A DNA stretch of 64,000 bases from an uncultured Chloroflexia bacterium (GCA_963703155.1 OY969796.1:3509875-3573874); one strand, 5' to 3'; shown: positions 17,463 to 27,763, counted from the stretch's first letter. Notes: generated by a model from the sequence alone, not told the origin. Translations and numbers: made by a program.

Positions 17463-19907
17463 ATGACGCTGACCGTCCTGATGACGCTCCTCGCACCGCT
17501 CGCGGCCACGCTGGTGACGCTCGATCTGATGCCCGTGCTCGGCGGTCGAACGGCCCTGCCGCTGGTGGCCGCGATCGTGATCGTCGCCTGGTTCGGCGGC
17601 CCGGTCCCCGGCGTGGTGTCCACGGCGCTGGCCGTCGGGATGGACGCGACGGTCCTCACCGTCCCCTACGGCGAGTTCAGCGTCGCCGACCTGTCGGATC
17701 GAATCGAGGTCGTGATGCTGGCGGGGACAGGACTGCTGATCGACGGCATCGCCGCGCTCAGGTCGCGTGCCGAGGGCCGCGCCAGCGACGCCCGCCGGCA
17801 CGCCAAGGGCATCCTCGAGCGCGCGGACATTGCTGCGCGGCGCCTCGAGGCGCTCCAGAGGCTCGCCGTGGACCTCGCCGATGCAGACACCGCGGATCGG
17901 ATCATCGATGTGCTGCTCGCCCGCTCGAGCGTCGCCCTCGAGACGGACCGGTGCGCCGTCGCACTCCTTGACGAGTCCGACCCGAGTGCGGCGAGGGAGG
18001 TGGCCTCGCTCGAGGGCTTCTCCGGTGACCCGGCGCCCCGCAGGTCGGCAGCTTCCGACGTCGTCGATCCCGAGCTTGCGGACGTGGCGCGCACCGGGCA
18101 GCCGCTGTTCGACGAGGGCCGCGCAATCGCGGGGTCGCCATCTCGCCGCGCCGTGGCGGCCGTGCCGATCCACATGCCGGCCGGGCCCGGCGTGCTGTCG
18201 TTCCACTGGAACCATCCGCATCCGCTGGCGCCCGATCGGCGGGCGTTCATCGCGGCGCTGGCGCGGGCTGGAACCGCTGCCCTCGACCGGCACCGGATGT
18301 TCGCAGCCGAGATCAGCGCGCTCCGCCGCGCCGAGGCCGCGACCGGCCACCTCAACATCCTCGCCGACGCCGGCGAGACACTGGGCGCCACGCTCGACTA
18401 CGAGGAGCTCCTCAGCTTCGTGCCGCGCCTCGGCATCCCACAGCTGGGAGACCTCGGGATCCTCGACATCGAGGAGAACCGGGCCGTCCGGCGCGTGGTG
18501 GCGAGCGGCGACCCCCAGCTCGACGAGCTGACTGAGGTCCTCGGGCGGCATCCCCTCACGATCGACAGGATGGACAAGGGCGTCGAGCCACTGCGGGCTG
18601 GACGGGCCTCCATGTTCCGCCTCGACGACGAGGTCATCGCCAGGCTCGACCGGAGTCCCGACGCCACCGAAGCCCTCAAGCGGATCGCGCCGGGGTGGCT
18701 GCTGCTCCTGCCGCTGACCATCCAGGGGGCGACGAGCGGCGTCCTGACCTTCATCCGCCGCTCCGACGAGCCCTTCGATGCGTCCGAGGTGGCCGTGGGC
18801 GAAGAGCTGGGCCGGCGCGCCGGCCGGGCGCTGGAGGCCGCCCGTCTCCATCGGCAGGTCGAGGGCCTGGCCGACCTCGAGCGGCGGCGGGCGGCGGAGC
18901 TGGCCGCGGTCCTGGGAGCGGTCGAGGAGGGGTTCCTGCTCGCCGACGCAAGCGGCTTGATTCGGGCATCCAACCGTGCCGCTGAGCGCCTCCTCGGCGG
19001 GCCCGTGACCACCCTCGACGAGCTGTACGCCGGGCTGATCGACAACTCCGGGCAGACGCCCAGGGCACTGTCCAGCCAGCCCGAGGAGCTGCGGCTGCGC
19101 AATCGGCCGAACGCATGGGTGGAATTCGCGAGCTACCCGGTGGCACCGTCGTCGGCCCTTGGATCACCGTCGGTGGTCATCGCCTGCCGGGACGTGACCG
19201 CGTTCCGGCGGGGACAGGCGCTGCGCGAGGCGTTCCTGGGGCTGCTCTCCCACGAGCTGCGGACGCCGGTGACGACCATCTACGCGGCGGCGGCAGTGCT
19301 CATGCGCCGCGGGCGCGAGCTCGACCCCGGCGTCGCGGACGAGATGCTGGGCGACATCGCCGGCGAGGCAGACCGCCTGTACCGCCTGGTCGAGGACCTG
19401 ATGGTCCTGGCCCGGTTCGACGAGGGGCTCGAGATCGGCGCACAGCCCGTGCTGCTGCAGCACCTCATCCCGGCCGCGGTCCACCAGGAGGCGAGCCGCT
19501 GGCCGGGCGTCAGCTTCGACTGCACCGTCGGCCCCGACCTCGAGACCGTGGCCGGTGACGAGACCGCGATCGCGCAGGTCCTGCGGAACCTGCTGTCGAA
19601 CGCCGCCAAGTACAGCCCGGTTGGTGGGCAGGTGGCGATCGCGCTCCACAAGGACCCGGAGGGGGTGGCCGTGGTCGTGCGCGACGAGGGACCGGGCATC
19701 GATCCGTCCGAGGGCGAGCGCATCTTCGACCCCTTCTACCGCTCGCCGTCCACGGCCGGGCTCGCCAGCGGCGCGGGGATCGGGCTCTATGTCTCCCGAC
19801 GGCTGGTGGACGCGATGGGCGGTCGGATCGCTGCGAGCGCCGCGGAGGGTGGCGGCAGCGAGTTCCGGTTCGTCCTGCCCGTCTACCGGGCCGACGAGGC
19901 CGACTGA
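17463..19907 (+). CDS. Sensor histidine kinase (N-terminal TM region, GAF/PAS-like sensory domains, HisKA + HATPase_c)
   Basis: ...FLGLLSHELRTPVTTIYAAAAVL (H-box) ... VLRNLLSNAAKYSPVGGQVAIAL...DEGPGIDPSEGERIFDPFYR...GAGIGLYVSRRLVDAMGGRI. Proposed start MTLTVLMTLLAPLAATLV at 17463. Confidence 0.85.
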   Translation: MTLTVLMTLLAPLAATLVTLDLMPVLGGRTALPLVAAIVIVAWFGGPVPGVVSTALAVGMDATVLTVPYGEFSVADLSDRIEVVMLAGTGLLIDGIAALRSRAEGRASDARRHAKGILERADIAARRLEALQRLAVDLADADTADRIIDVLLARSSVALETDRCAVALLDESDPSAAREVASLEGFSGDPAPRRSAASDVVDPELADVARTGQPLFDEGRAIAGSPSRRAVAAVPIHMPAGPGVLSFHWNHPHPLAPDRRAFIAALARAGTAALDRHRMFAAEISALRRAEAATGHLNILADAGETLGATLDYEELLSFVPRLGIPQLGDLGILDIEENRAVRRVVASGDPQLDELTEVLGRHPLTIDRMDKGVEPLRAGRASMFRLDDEVIARLDRSPDATEALKRIAPGWLLLLPLTIQGATSGVLTFIRRSDEPFDASEVAVGEELGRRAGRALEAARLHRQVEGLADLERRRAAELAAVLGAVEEGFLLADASGLIRASNRAAERLLGGPVTTLDELYAGLIDNSGQTPRALSSQPEELRLRNRPNAWVEFASYPVAPSSALGSPSVVIACRDVTAFRRGQALREAFLGLLSHELRTPVTTIYAAAAVLMRRGRELDPGVADEMLGDIAGEADRLYRLVEDLMVLARFDEGLEIGAQPVLLQHLIPAAVHQEASRWPGVSFDCTVGPDLETVAGDETAIAQVLRNLLSNAAKYSPVGGQVAIALHKDPEGVAVVVRDEGPGIDPSEGERIFDPFYRSPSTAGLASGAGIGLYVSRRLVDAMGGRIAASAAEGGGSEFRFVLPVYRADEAD

Positions 19908-20063
19908 CCGCTCAGGGACGCGCCTCGCCATGACAGCCCCCTGCAAGGAAACCCGCCGTGCGTGATGCGCGGGTGTCCGGACCCCGCCGGTAGGTTTGGC
20001 CGGTCGAAACCCGCACAGCGGGCCATCCCCAACGCCCTGTGGGCGTCCCAGTGCGAGACCTGC

Positions 20064-20285
20064 ATGAAGAGACTCATGATCCTGCTTGTGATCGCCGCGG
20101 CCAGTGCCGTGGCGGCTTGCACCCCGAGCAGCACCGGCAGCTCCCCGACGCTGCCGCTCGAGAGCACCGCGCCCAGCGTGGCCGCGCCGTCGTCCGAGGC
20201 GCCCTCGATGTCGACCGCGCCGTCGTCCGAGTCGCCGTCGATGTCGACGGCCCCGTCCTCGTCCGCGGCACCGAGCTCCTCGTAA
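20064..20285 (+). CDS. Small Ser/Pro-rich lipoprotein (73 aa) containing a 33-bp tandem repeat
   Basis: MKRLMILLVIAAASAVAACTPSS... with a lipobox. A hairpin GCGCAGGGC-tcc-GCCCTGCGC (20300-20320) follows the stop. Confidence 0.6.
   Translation: MKRLMILLVIAAASAVAACTPSSTGSSPTLPLESTAPSVAAPSSEAPSMSTAPSSESPSMSTAPSSSAAPSSS
20184..20264. repeat. 33-bp tandem repeat (~2.4 copies) encoding APSSE(A/S)PSMSTAPSS within the lipoprotein gene
   Basis: gcgccgtcgtccgag(g/t)cgcc(c/g)tcgatgtcgac(c/g), repeated. Confidence 0.6.
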
Positions 20286-20511
20286 TCCCAGAACACCGCG
20301 CGCAGGGCTCCGCCCTGCGCCATCCCCTCGTGGGAGGCGAGCCCAATGACGTACGAAGAACGTCGAACCACCGTCGAGCGGGACACCGGACAACCCGGCC
20401 GGCGACCCCTACTACCGCGCCGTTCCGCCCTCCGGGCAGGTCGTCGAGCAGCACGAGCGGACGGTCTACCGGACCTCCGGCGCCACACTGGCGGCCCGGA
20501 CGGTCATCGCC

Positions 20512-20778
20512 GTGCTCGGCATCATGGAGGCCCTCATCGCGATCCGGATCCTGCTGCTGCTCCTGGACGCCCAACGCAGCAACGGACTCGTGCAGGGGAT
20601 TCTCAACGCGAGCCAGCTGTTCGTGGGCCCGTTCGAGGGCATGTTCCGCACCGACGCCCTCGCGGCGGGGGGCTCGATCCTGGACATCGCCGCGATCACA
20701 GCCCTGATCGCGGTCGCGATCATCGAGCTGGTGGTCCTCGCGATCGTCCGCATTCCGAGGCGGACCGAGGACGTCTGA
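20512..20778 (+). CDS. YggT-family small membrane protein. It may be the frameshifted C-terminal part of a longer ORF that begins at the ATG at 20346
   Basis: ...IAIRILLLLLDAQRSNGLVQGILNASQLFVGPFEGMFRT...LDIAAITALIAVAIIELVVL is YggT-like. The upstream ATG at 20346 has a GGGAGG SD but lies in a different frame. Confidence 0.5.
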   Translation: MLGIMEALIAIRILLLLLDAQRSNGLVQGILNASQLFVGPFEGMFRTDALAAGGSILDIAAITALIAVAIIELVVLAIVRIPRRTEDV

Positions 20779-21111
20779 CAGCGGCAGGCCCAGTGCGTGG
20801 CGGCCTGCCGGGCGTCGTCTAGCAGCGGCTCCAAGCCCACGGCTCGTGGCCCTGCAGGGCCCACCGCGCATGTCCCCGAGCTCCCAAGACCACATGGCGC
20901 CGGCTCGCCGCGATCGCGCGAGCCGGCGTTGCCATGTCCGGGGACCGGCGGCCGGCTCGCCGAGCGCCGCGCAGACCGGCCCACGACGGCGCAATCCGGG
21001 CCTGCAAGACACGCGATAGGCCGCACCCGGCCCGCGTCCCGTAGCGCGCAAGGCCTCGGCCCCCATCCTCGGGGGCAGCCCCGCCACGGGGCGAGAAGAA
21101 GGAGGGTTGCC

Positions 21112-21378
21112 ATGGACGACTTGAAGCGCACTGGCCGCGAGGCGCGTGACGACGCCAAGAAGGCGTGGCGCGGCGCCGACGGCGAGGACCTGGGCGACAA
21201 GGCCGCCAATCTCGGCGACGACGTCCGCCGCAACGCCGCCAACGCCGGAGACGATCTCCGCCAGGCGGTGCGCGACACGAAGGACGAGGCCCATCACACC
21301 GGGCACGACATCGAGGACGACATCCATCGCGCCGGGCGCGACCCGGGCGATGTCCAGTCCTCGGACCTGCCCAAGTGA
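21112..21378 (+). CDS. Small hydrophilic stress-type protein (88 aa; Asp/Lys/Arg-rich)
   Basis: MDDLKRTGREARDDAKKAWRGADGEDLGDKAANLGDDVRRNAANAGDDLRQAVRDTKDEAHHTGHDIEDDIHRAGRDPGDVQSSDLPK. AGGAGG SD upstream. Confidence 0.55.
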   Translation: MDDLKRTGREARDDAKKAWRGADGEDLGDKAANLGDDVRRNAANAGDDLRQAVRDTKDEAHHTGHDIEDDIHRAGRDPGDVQSSDLPK

Positions 21379-21395
21379 GTGCGGGGCGGGAGTCG

Positions 21396-22200
21396 ATGGC
21401 GACGTCGGCTCCCGCCGTCGTCTCACTGGACGACGTCACCTGTCGGTACGACGATCTCGTCGCCGTAGACGGCGTCACCCTCCAGTTCCCCGCCGGCGTG
21501 CTCGTGGGGCTGGTGGGGCCGTCGGGCTCGCCCAAGACGACGACCGTCCGCACGATGCGCGGGGCCGTGGCCCCAGCCGACGGAACGGTCAAATTGTTCG
21601 GCAACGACCCGCGGTGGATGCCCCAGCGAGACCGCAAGCGGCTGGGCTACATGCCCCAGCACTTCTCGCTGTCTCCCGACCTGACCGCGGAAAAGAACGT
21701 TGACTTCGTGGCCAGCCTGTTCGGGCTGCTGTTCCCAAGTGACGGCGGCGCACCCGCGAGGTGCTGCGGGCCGTGGACCTGTGGGACGTCCGAGGTCGGC
21801 GCGCCGACCGCCTCTCCGGCGGAATGCAGCGACGCCTCCAGCTCGCCGCGACCATGGTCCACGATCCGGACCTGCTGCTCCTCGACGAGCCCACCGCCGG
21901 GCTGGATCCCCTTCTGCGAGCTCGTGTCTGGGAGGAAGCGCGCCGGTTGCGCGATGCCGGCCGGACGATGCTGGTCACCACGCAGTACGTCGGCGAGGCG
22001 GAGGAGTGCGACATGGTGGCGCTGATCGTGGAGGGACGTCTGGCGGCCATCGGAACCCCAGATCAGCTGCGGGCTGAGGCCGTGGGCGGGGACCTGCTGG
22101 TCGTGCAGACGTCTCGCGAGGTCAGGGACGACGAGTGGCGCAGTGTGCCCGAGGTCAGGGCCGTGCGACCCATCGGGCCACGGCGAGTGCGCCTCACCGT
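21396..22200 (+). pseudogene. ABC-2-type transporter ATP-binding subunit, frameshifted near 21745 and lacking its normal C-terminus
   Basis: Walker A (GLVGPSGSPKTTTVRTM) in frame 0. LSGGMQRRLQLAATMVHDPDLLLLDEPTAGLD (signature and Walker B) in another frame. Confidence 0.65.
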
Positions 22201-22202
22201 GA

Positions 22203-22364
22203 CATCCGCCGCGCGCGCGCTCCCGCAACATCGTGCTGCTCCAGAACGCGATGCTCCGCGGGCAGCCCCAGCCAAGCTGGGAGATCGCTGCGCTCGGCGT
22301 GATGTTCCTGGTGTTCAGCCTGGCGTCCTGGCGGCTGGTGCGCCGGACGATTGCCCTGGCCTGA
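22203..22364 (+). pseudogene. C-terminal ~50-codon remnant of an ABC-2 permease fused behind the ATPase pseudogene
   Basis: ...NIVLLQNAMLRGQPQPSWEIAALGVMFLVFSLASWRLVRRTIALA* matches the ABC-2 permease C-terminus. No upstream permease body is present. Confidence 0.4.
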
Positions 22365-22485
22365 CGCCAGCCGCAATGCCGCTGCAATGCGGCGCTCCCG
22401 TCCCGAGAGCGGGGCAATGAACACGCAGGTGCATGCTGTGCATCACTGGCTGCGTGCAGCGCGGCCATAGTGCGAGGAGGGGTCC

Positions 22486-23250
22486 ATGGGCGCACAACCG
22501 CTCATCCTTGTCGCGGACGATGAACCGCGCATCACGAAGCTCGTGTCGATCGCCCTGTCCGAAGAGGGCTTCCGGGTCGTCTCGGCGTCGACCGGGACGG
22601 AGGCCATGCGGCTCGCCGAGGAGTACCGGCCGGACGTCGTCCTGCTCGACATCGTCATGCCCGACATGGACGGCATCGAGGTCATGCGCCAGCTGCGCGA
22701 GACCCGCTCCGTGCCGGTGATCCTGGTGACGGCGAAGGGCTCCACCGCGGACAAGGCGAAGGGGCTCGACTTCGGCGCCGACGACTACATCTCCAAGCCC
22801 TTCCATCCCGACGAGATGGCCGCACGGGTGCGCGCCGTCCTTCGGCGGAGCGGCGGCGGCACACCCGTCACCGGCGTGCTGCGCTTCGACGACGTGGAGA
22901 TCGACCTCGAGCGGCGCATGGTCTTGCGCGGCGGCGAGCTGGTGCAGCTCTCGCGGACGGAGTGGCTGCTGCTCCAGCACCTCGCGCTCAACGCCGGCAA
23001 GGTGGTGCTCCACACGGAGCTGCTGACCAAGGTCTGGGGCCCCGAGTACCGCGACGACATCCAGTACCTGCGGGTCTGGATCTCTCGCGTCCGGCGCAAG
23101 CTGGGCGTGCGGCCGGGCGAGTCGGGCCGCATCCGGACGTTTCAGGGCATCGGCTACCTGCTGAACGTGGACGAGCCGTCCGCCGACGAGGCCGGCGCGA
23201 CGACGCCCCAGACCGCAACTCCCGCAGCGGCGGCAAGCCTCGTCGGCTAG
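22486..23250 (+). CDS. OmpR/PhoB-family response regulator (receiver + winged-helix)
   Basis: ...LILVADDEPRITKLVS...DVVLLDIVMPDMDGIEV...VILVTAKG... with the C-terminal motif ...LSRTEWLLLQHLALNAGKVV...GIGYLL. GAGGAGGGG SD. Confidence 0.9.
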   Translation: MGAQPLILVADDEPRITKLVSIALSEEGFRVVSASTGTEAMRLAEEYRPDVVLLDIVMPDMDGIEVMRQLRETRSVPVILVTAKGSTADKAKGLDFGADDYISKPFHPDEMAARVRAVLRRSGGGTPVTGVLRFDDVEIDLERRMVLRGGELVQLSRTEWLLLQHLALNAGKVVLHTELLTKVWGPEYRDDIQYLRVWISRVRRKLGVRPGESGRIRTFQGIGYLLNVDEPSADEAGATTPQTATPAAAASLVG

Positions 23251-23498
23251 GTCGCGAACGCGCGTCGCCTGCTCACGGCCGCCACCGCCCCGGCGCTGCG
23301 GAGGGCGGCTGGCGGGTGCCGCATCTTGGGCCGGGGAGCCTTTCCGGGCGTCCGGCGCAGCCCCGTGGTCCCGTGCGCATTGGCCGTTGTCAGCCCCCTG
23401 CAAGCGCCCATGCCGTGGCGTGGTGCCCACCTGTTGCCCGACCGATGGGAGGCTGCTGGTCAACCGACACCGCCCCCGAAGCGACGAGGAGTGAGAGC

Positions 23499-23996
23499 AT
23501 GGCCGTGATCGACCAGACCATCGACGTCAAGGTGCCGCTTCACACCGCGTACAACCAGTGGACCCAGTTCGAGGACTTCCCCCGCTTCATGGAGGCGGTC
23601 GAGCAGGTCCACCAGCTCAACGAGACCACGCTCGAGTGGCACGCGAAGGTCGCCGGCGTCGAGAAGTCGTGGCGGGCGCGCATCGTGGAGCAGGTCCCTG
23701 ACCAGCGGATCACGTGGGTCTCGACAGGCGGGGCGCGCAACGACGGCACCGTGTCCTTCAGCAGCCTCGGGCCCGAGGAGACCCGCGTGAACCTCCTGCT
23801 CGAGGTGGAGCCGGATGGCCCCGCCGAGCAGGCCGGAACCGCCCTTGGGGTCCTCCGGAGCCGAGTGAAGGGCGACCTCCAGCGGTTCCGCGACTTCATC
23901 GAGGCGCGCGGCGCCGAGAGCGGGGCCTGGCGCGGCGAGGTCCGCTCGGGCACCGAGACGTCGCCGGCCGGCGGCAGGAGCCGCACCGAACCCTGA
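23499..23996 (+). CDS. SRPBCC-superfamily protein (polyketide cyclase/dehydrase-like)
   Basis: MAVIDQTIDVKVPLHTAYNQWTQFEDFPRFMEAVEQV...ITWVSTGGARNDGTVSF.... GAGGAG SD. Confidence 0.7.
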   Translation: MAVIDQTIDVKVPLHTAYNQWTQFEDFPRFMEAVEQVHQLNETTLEWHAKVAGVEKSWRARIVEQVPDQRITWVSTGGARNDGTVSFSSLGPEETRVNLLLEVEPDGPAEQAGTALGVLRSRVKGDLQRFRDFIEARGAESGAWRGEVRSGTETSPAGGRSRTEP

Positions 23997-24312
23997 TCCG
24001 CGGGGTCTCGCGACGGACCCCGCCTCCCCGCCGATTCGCCTGGCGCCCCACCCGTCCCCCCTCCGGGTGGGGCGCATTCATGCCCGGCTGCCGTCCGAGC
24101 TCGGCCCGGGCGCTGACGCGACGACGGGCACCACGGGCTGATCCTGTCGCGCGGACGAAATCCCGGCCGGCCACCTCGCCTGGCGCGGCTGCAACAATCA
24201 GGGCGTACGCTTCGCGCGATGCGGTCAGTACACGTCCCGCTGTCTTGGCGCGCGGGCAGCAGCCAACTTGGTCGTGCCTGAGCGGCCCCCTGCCCCGCGG
24301 GAACTCCCGCCC

Positions 24313-26679
24313 ATGCCCCGGCACGTCATCAAGGCCACCGACCTCGGGGCCACGGCGGTCCTGCGGCTGGGCGCGCTGACCCTCGTGGCCGACCCCTTCG
24401 GCGACGTCCGCCCGGACACGCGGGGTCTCGGGCTGTACCTGGGCGACACGCGCGTCCTGTCCACGCTGGCGGTGCAGGTCGATGGCCGCCGCCCGACGCT
24501 CCTCGAGCCGGATCTCGGCGGGCAGGAGCACGGCGTCGTCCAGATGACCAACCCCGAGCTGCGCGACGACCCCACCCAGCGGGCGAACTCCCCGACGCTC
24601 GCCACGCAGTCGCTCGGCATCCGGCGCGACCGATCCCTCGCGCAGGACGGCCTCCACGAACGGCTGTCCATCTCGAACTACACGCTCGCCCACCAGGAGC
24701 TCACGGTGGACCTGCTGCTCGACGTGGACGGCGCCGACATCTTCGAGATCCGCGGCTACGCCCAGAGCGACCGCGGCGAGCTGCTGCCGATCGAGGTGAT
24801 CGACGCCGGCCTCGTGTTCACCTACGTTGGCCGCGACGGCCTGGCGCTGCGCACGACTGTCCACCTCGACCCGCCCCCGGACACGATCGGCCAGGCGCCC
24901 GGCGGCAGCGATGCCTCCGTGCGGGCCAGCTGGCGGGTCGTCATCGATCCCGGCGAGGCCGTGAACCTCGCCTGGCAGGTGGCGTCGGACTGGGAGGAGG
25001 TGCCCGGCGCGGCGGAGGCGCCACCGGTGCTCGAGCGACTCGAGGCGCGGCGCAGCCCCGACGGCGTGGAGGCGGCGATCCCCACGCGGTTCGAGTCCGA
25101 TGATGAGCTGGTCAACCTGATCTTCGCCCGCGGGCTGGCCGACATCCGCCTCCTCGAGACCGGCGGGCCGCACCCCGACGAATCGTTCATCGCCGCCGGC
25201 GTCCCGTGGTTCGCCACGCTGTTCGGGCGCGACGCGATCATCACCTCGATGTTCATGCTGCCGGTCCTGCCGGACATGGCCCGGTCGACCCTCGAGGTGC
25301 TGGCGAGGCGCCAGGCCGTGGTCCGCGACGACTGGCGGGACGCGGAGCCGGGCAAGATCCTCCACGAGCTGCGCACGGGCGAGTTGGCGCGGATCGGGGC
25401 GCTGCCCTTCACGCCGTACTACGGCACCGCTGACGCCACCTCCCTGTTCCTGATGCTCCTCGCCGAGACGCACGCGTGGACCGGCGACGACGCGCTCGTC
25501 GACCGCCTGTGGCCGAACGTCCTCGCGGCCCTCGAGTGGCTGCGCGGACCGGCGATGACGCGCGGCTTCGTCCGCTACGAGTGCCGCTCCGCGCGCGGGC
25601 TCCGGAACCAGGGCTGGAAGGACTCGCACGATTCGGTTCGCGACCGCTTTGGCGCGGTCGCCGAGCCCCCGATCGCGCTGATCGAGGTCCAGTGCTACAC
25701 GATCGCGGCGTTCCGGCTGATGGCGGTCCACGCCGCGCGGCGCGGCGAGCACGACCTGGCGACCGAGCTTGAGGCGGAGGCGAACGACCTCGCCGCCCGG
25801 CTCGAGGACGCCTTCTGGCTGCCGGATCTCCAGCGCTATGCGATGGCGCTCGACGGCGACGACCGCCCGGCAGACGCGCTTGCGAGCAACGTCGGGCACG
25901 GGCTCTGGACGGGGGCGCTCGACCCCAGCCGCTCCCCGGCCGTGGCCCGGGACCTGGCCGGGCCGCGGATGTCGTCGGGCTGGGGCCTCCGGACGCTGGC
26001 GCAGGGCCAGCCCGGATACAACCCGCTCGGCTACCACCTGGGGACGGTCTGGCCGCACGACACGGCGATCGCGGTCGCGGGGCTCAAGCGCTACGGGTTC
26101 GCCGCCGAGGCCGCGGAGCTGGCGACCGGGCTGCTCGACGCCGCGCGACACCTCCCGCTCTTCCGGTTCCCCGAGCTGTTCTGCGGGTTCCCGCGCGCCG
26201 AGACCGGCGTGCCGGTGACGTACCCGGTCGCGTGTGCGCCGCATGCCTGGGCCGCCGCCACGCCATTCATGCTCTTCCGGTCGCTGCTCGGTCTCGAGGC
26301 CGACGCGCCGCGCCGCGAGCTGCGGATCATCCGGCCCACGCTGCCCCACCCGCTGCGCAAGCTCGTGATCGCCGGGCTGCGCGTGGGCGACGCCGAGGTG
26401 GACCTGCTCTTCCAGTCCTGGCGCGGGACCACCGGGGCCGAAGTGCTCCGCCGGCGCGGGCGACCTCTCGATCGTGGTGCGCCTCTAGCCAGTTCGTCGG
26501 GCGCCGCGGCCGCGGCAACCGTACAGGGTTCTTGGCGCGACGCCGGGTGTCGGCCGCAAGCGGCTCGCAAGCAGCGTGAAAGCCCGCCGCCCGTTCTCGC
26601 TGGAGCGGCGGTAATGCCCCGCGGCGGAGGCTGGGGACCACACCGAACGTCGCCGGCCCTCTCGGCGGCCCATCGATGA
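24313..26679 (+). CDS. Glycogen-debranching-enzyme-like protein (amylo-alpha-1,6-glucosidase family, GDE_N + GDE_C)
   Basis: ~790 aa with ...FIAAGVPWFATLFGRDAIITS...GKILHELRTGELA...FTPYYGTADATSLFLMLLAETHAWTGD...GYHLGTVWPHDTAIAVAGL... The C-terminal end is uncertain (open to 26679). Confidence 0.8.
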   Translation: MPRHVIKATDLGATAVLRLGALTLVADPFGDVRPDTRGLGLYLGDTRVLSTLAVQVDGRRPTLLEPDLGGQEHGVVQMTNPELRDDPTQRANSPTLATQSLGIRRDRSLAQDGLHERLSISNYTLAHQELTVDLLLDVDGADIFEIRGYAQSDRGELLPIEVIDAGLVFTYVGRDGLALRTTVHLDPPPDTIGQAPGGSDASVRASWRVVIDPGEAVNLAWQVASDWEEVPGAAEAPPVLERLEARRSPDGVEAAIPTRFESDDELVNLIFARGLADIRLLETGGPHPDESFIAAGVPWFATLFGRDAIITSMFMLPVLPDMARSTLEVLARRQAVVRDDWRDAEPGKILHELRTGELARIGALPFTPYYGTADATSLFLMLLAETHAWTGDDALVDRLWPNVLAALEWLRGPAMTRGFVRYECRSARGLRNQGWKDSHDSVRDRFGAVAEPPIALIEVQCYTIAAFRLMAVHAARRGEHDLATELEAEANDLAARLEDAFWLPDLQRYAMALDGDDRPADALASNVGHGLWTGALDPSRSPAVARDLAGPRMSSGWGLRTLAQGQPGYNPLGYHLGTVWPHDTAIAVAGLKRYGFAAEAAELATGLLDAARHLPLFRFPELFCGFPRAETGVPVTYPVACAPHAWAAATPFMLFRSLLGLEADAPRRELRIIRPTLPHPLRKLVIAGLRVGDAEVDLLFQSWRGTTGAEVLRRRGRPLDRGAPLASSSGAAAAATVQGSWRDAGCRPQAARKQRESPPPVLAGAAVMPRGGGWGPHRTSPALSAAHR

Positions 26680-26688
26680 GGTGTCGCC

Positions 26689-27714
26689 ATGCTCTTCTTC
26701 ACCAGCGGCCGCACCCCGGTGCTCCGCCGCGCTCGCGGCAATCCGGGCCCCTGGTACTCCGCGGCTCCGTCGAAGGACGCCGACGCGGCGATGGAGGAGG
26801 CGATGGAGGAGGCCGGGGCCGCCTTGCGCCATGCCGGCAAGGACATCGCCGAGGCGGCTCGCCAGATCGGCGCCGCGGCGTCACGCCAGATCGGCGCCAA
26901 CGCGGCGGCTGCCGGCGAGGACCTCGCCGACGCAGCCCGCCAAATGGGCGCCGAGGCGTCGCGCCAGGCCCTGCGCAACGCCGCGGCGGCTCGCAAGGAG
27001 ACCGAGCACCAGGTCCGCAGGACCGCAGCCGCCGCGCGCAAGGAGGCGCAGCGCCAGATCCGGCGCACCGCCGCCGCTGCCCAGGCCGAGGCGAAGCGCG
27101 AGATCCGCCACAACGTCAAGGCCGTTCGCGCCAACGCCTCGGCCGTCGCCGATGACCTGCTCCCCGCGGGCCGCGACGCCGTCCGCAAGTCGATGGACAG
27201 GCTCGTCCCCGGACGCAGGAACCGGTCGCGGCGGAGCCCGCTGTTCCGCCTGCTGGCCGTGCTCGCGGTCACCGGGCTTGCCCTGCTCGGCGCGCAGCGG
27301 CTGATGCTGCGCCGGTCGAGCCGGTTGATGGATCGTCGGGACGGGGGCCGCAACCCGGGAAGATCCTCCACGACGGGAACGGCCGACGCGACAGCGGTGC
27401 CGGAGATGGCTGGCACCGTCGGCATCGCCGGCCGCAAGGGCGCTCCGGCGACCCGTGGGTCCGCCGCCCCAGCCGGCCTGGCGTCAGCCGCCACGACGGG
27501 CCTGCCGGAGGAGACGAGCCTCGCGAAGCCCGGCAGCTCCTCCCATCCCCGTTCCGCCGCTCAGCGCCGGCCGTCCGACCTGACGCCGGACGCGGCCACC
27601 GACCCGGTCACGTTCGACCGCGACGCGGGCATCCGCGCGGCGACGGAGGGCATGGAGGCGACCGAGTTGGAGGTTCAGGGCTTCTCCTCGGCGGAGATCA
27701 CCGACGGGGCGTAG
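26689..27714 (+). CDS. Ala-rich repeat protein with one TM segment (hypothetical)
   Basis: Amphipathic repeats ...AEAARQIGAAASRQIGANAAAAGEDLADAARQMGAEASRQALRNAAAARKE... then PLFRLLAVLAVTGLALLGAQ (TM). GAGGTG SD. The plus strand is chosen by operon context. Confidence 0.5.
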   Translation: MLFFTSGRTPVLRRARGNPGPWYSAAPSKDADAAMEEAMEEAGAALRHAGKDIAEAARQIGAAASRQIGANAAAAGEDLADAARQMGAEASRQALRNAAAARKETEHQVRRTAAAARKEAQRQIRRTAAAAQAEAKREIRHNVKAVRANASAVADDLLPAGRDAVRKSMDRLVPGRRNRSRRSPLFRLLAVLAVTGLALLGAQRLMLRRSSRLMDRRDGGRNPGRSSTTGTADATAVPEMAGTVGIAGRKGAPATRGSAAPAGLASAATTGLPEETSLAKPGSSSHPRSAAQRRPSDLTPDAATDPVTFDRDAGIRAATEGMEATELEVQGFSSAEITDGA

Positions 27715-27763
27715 TGGGCACGACGGCAGGGAGGCGCCACGCGCGCGAACGCGGAGGTCGACG

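Noticed and set aside
23896-26349. 817-aa minus-strand ORF
   Set aside because: It is antisense to the well-supported glycogen-debranching-like gene. Its composition is Arg/Gly/Pro-rich with no motifs, a typical GC-rich shadow ORF.
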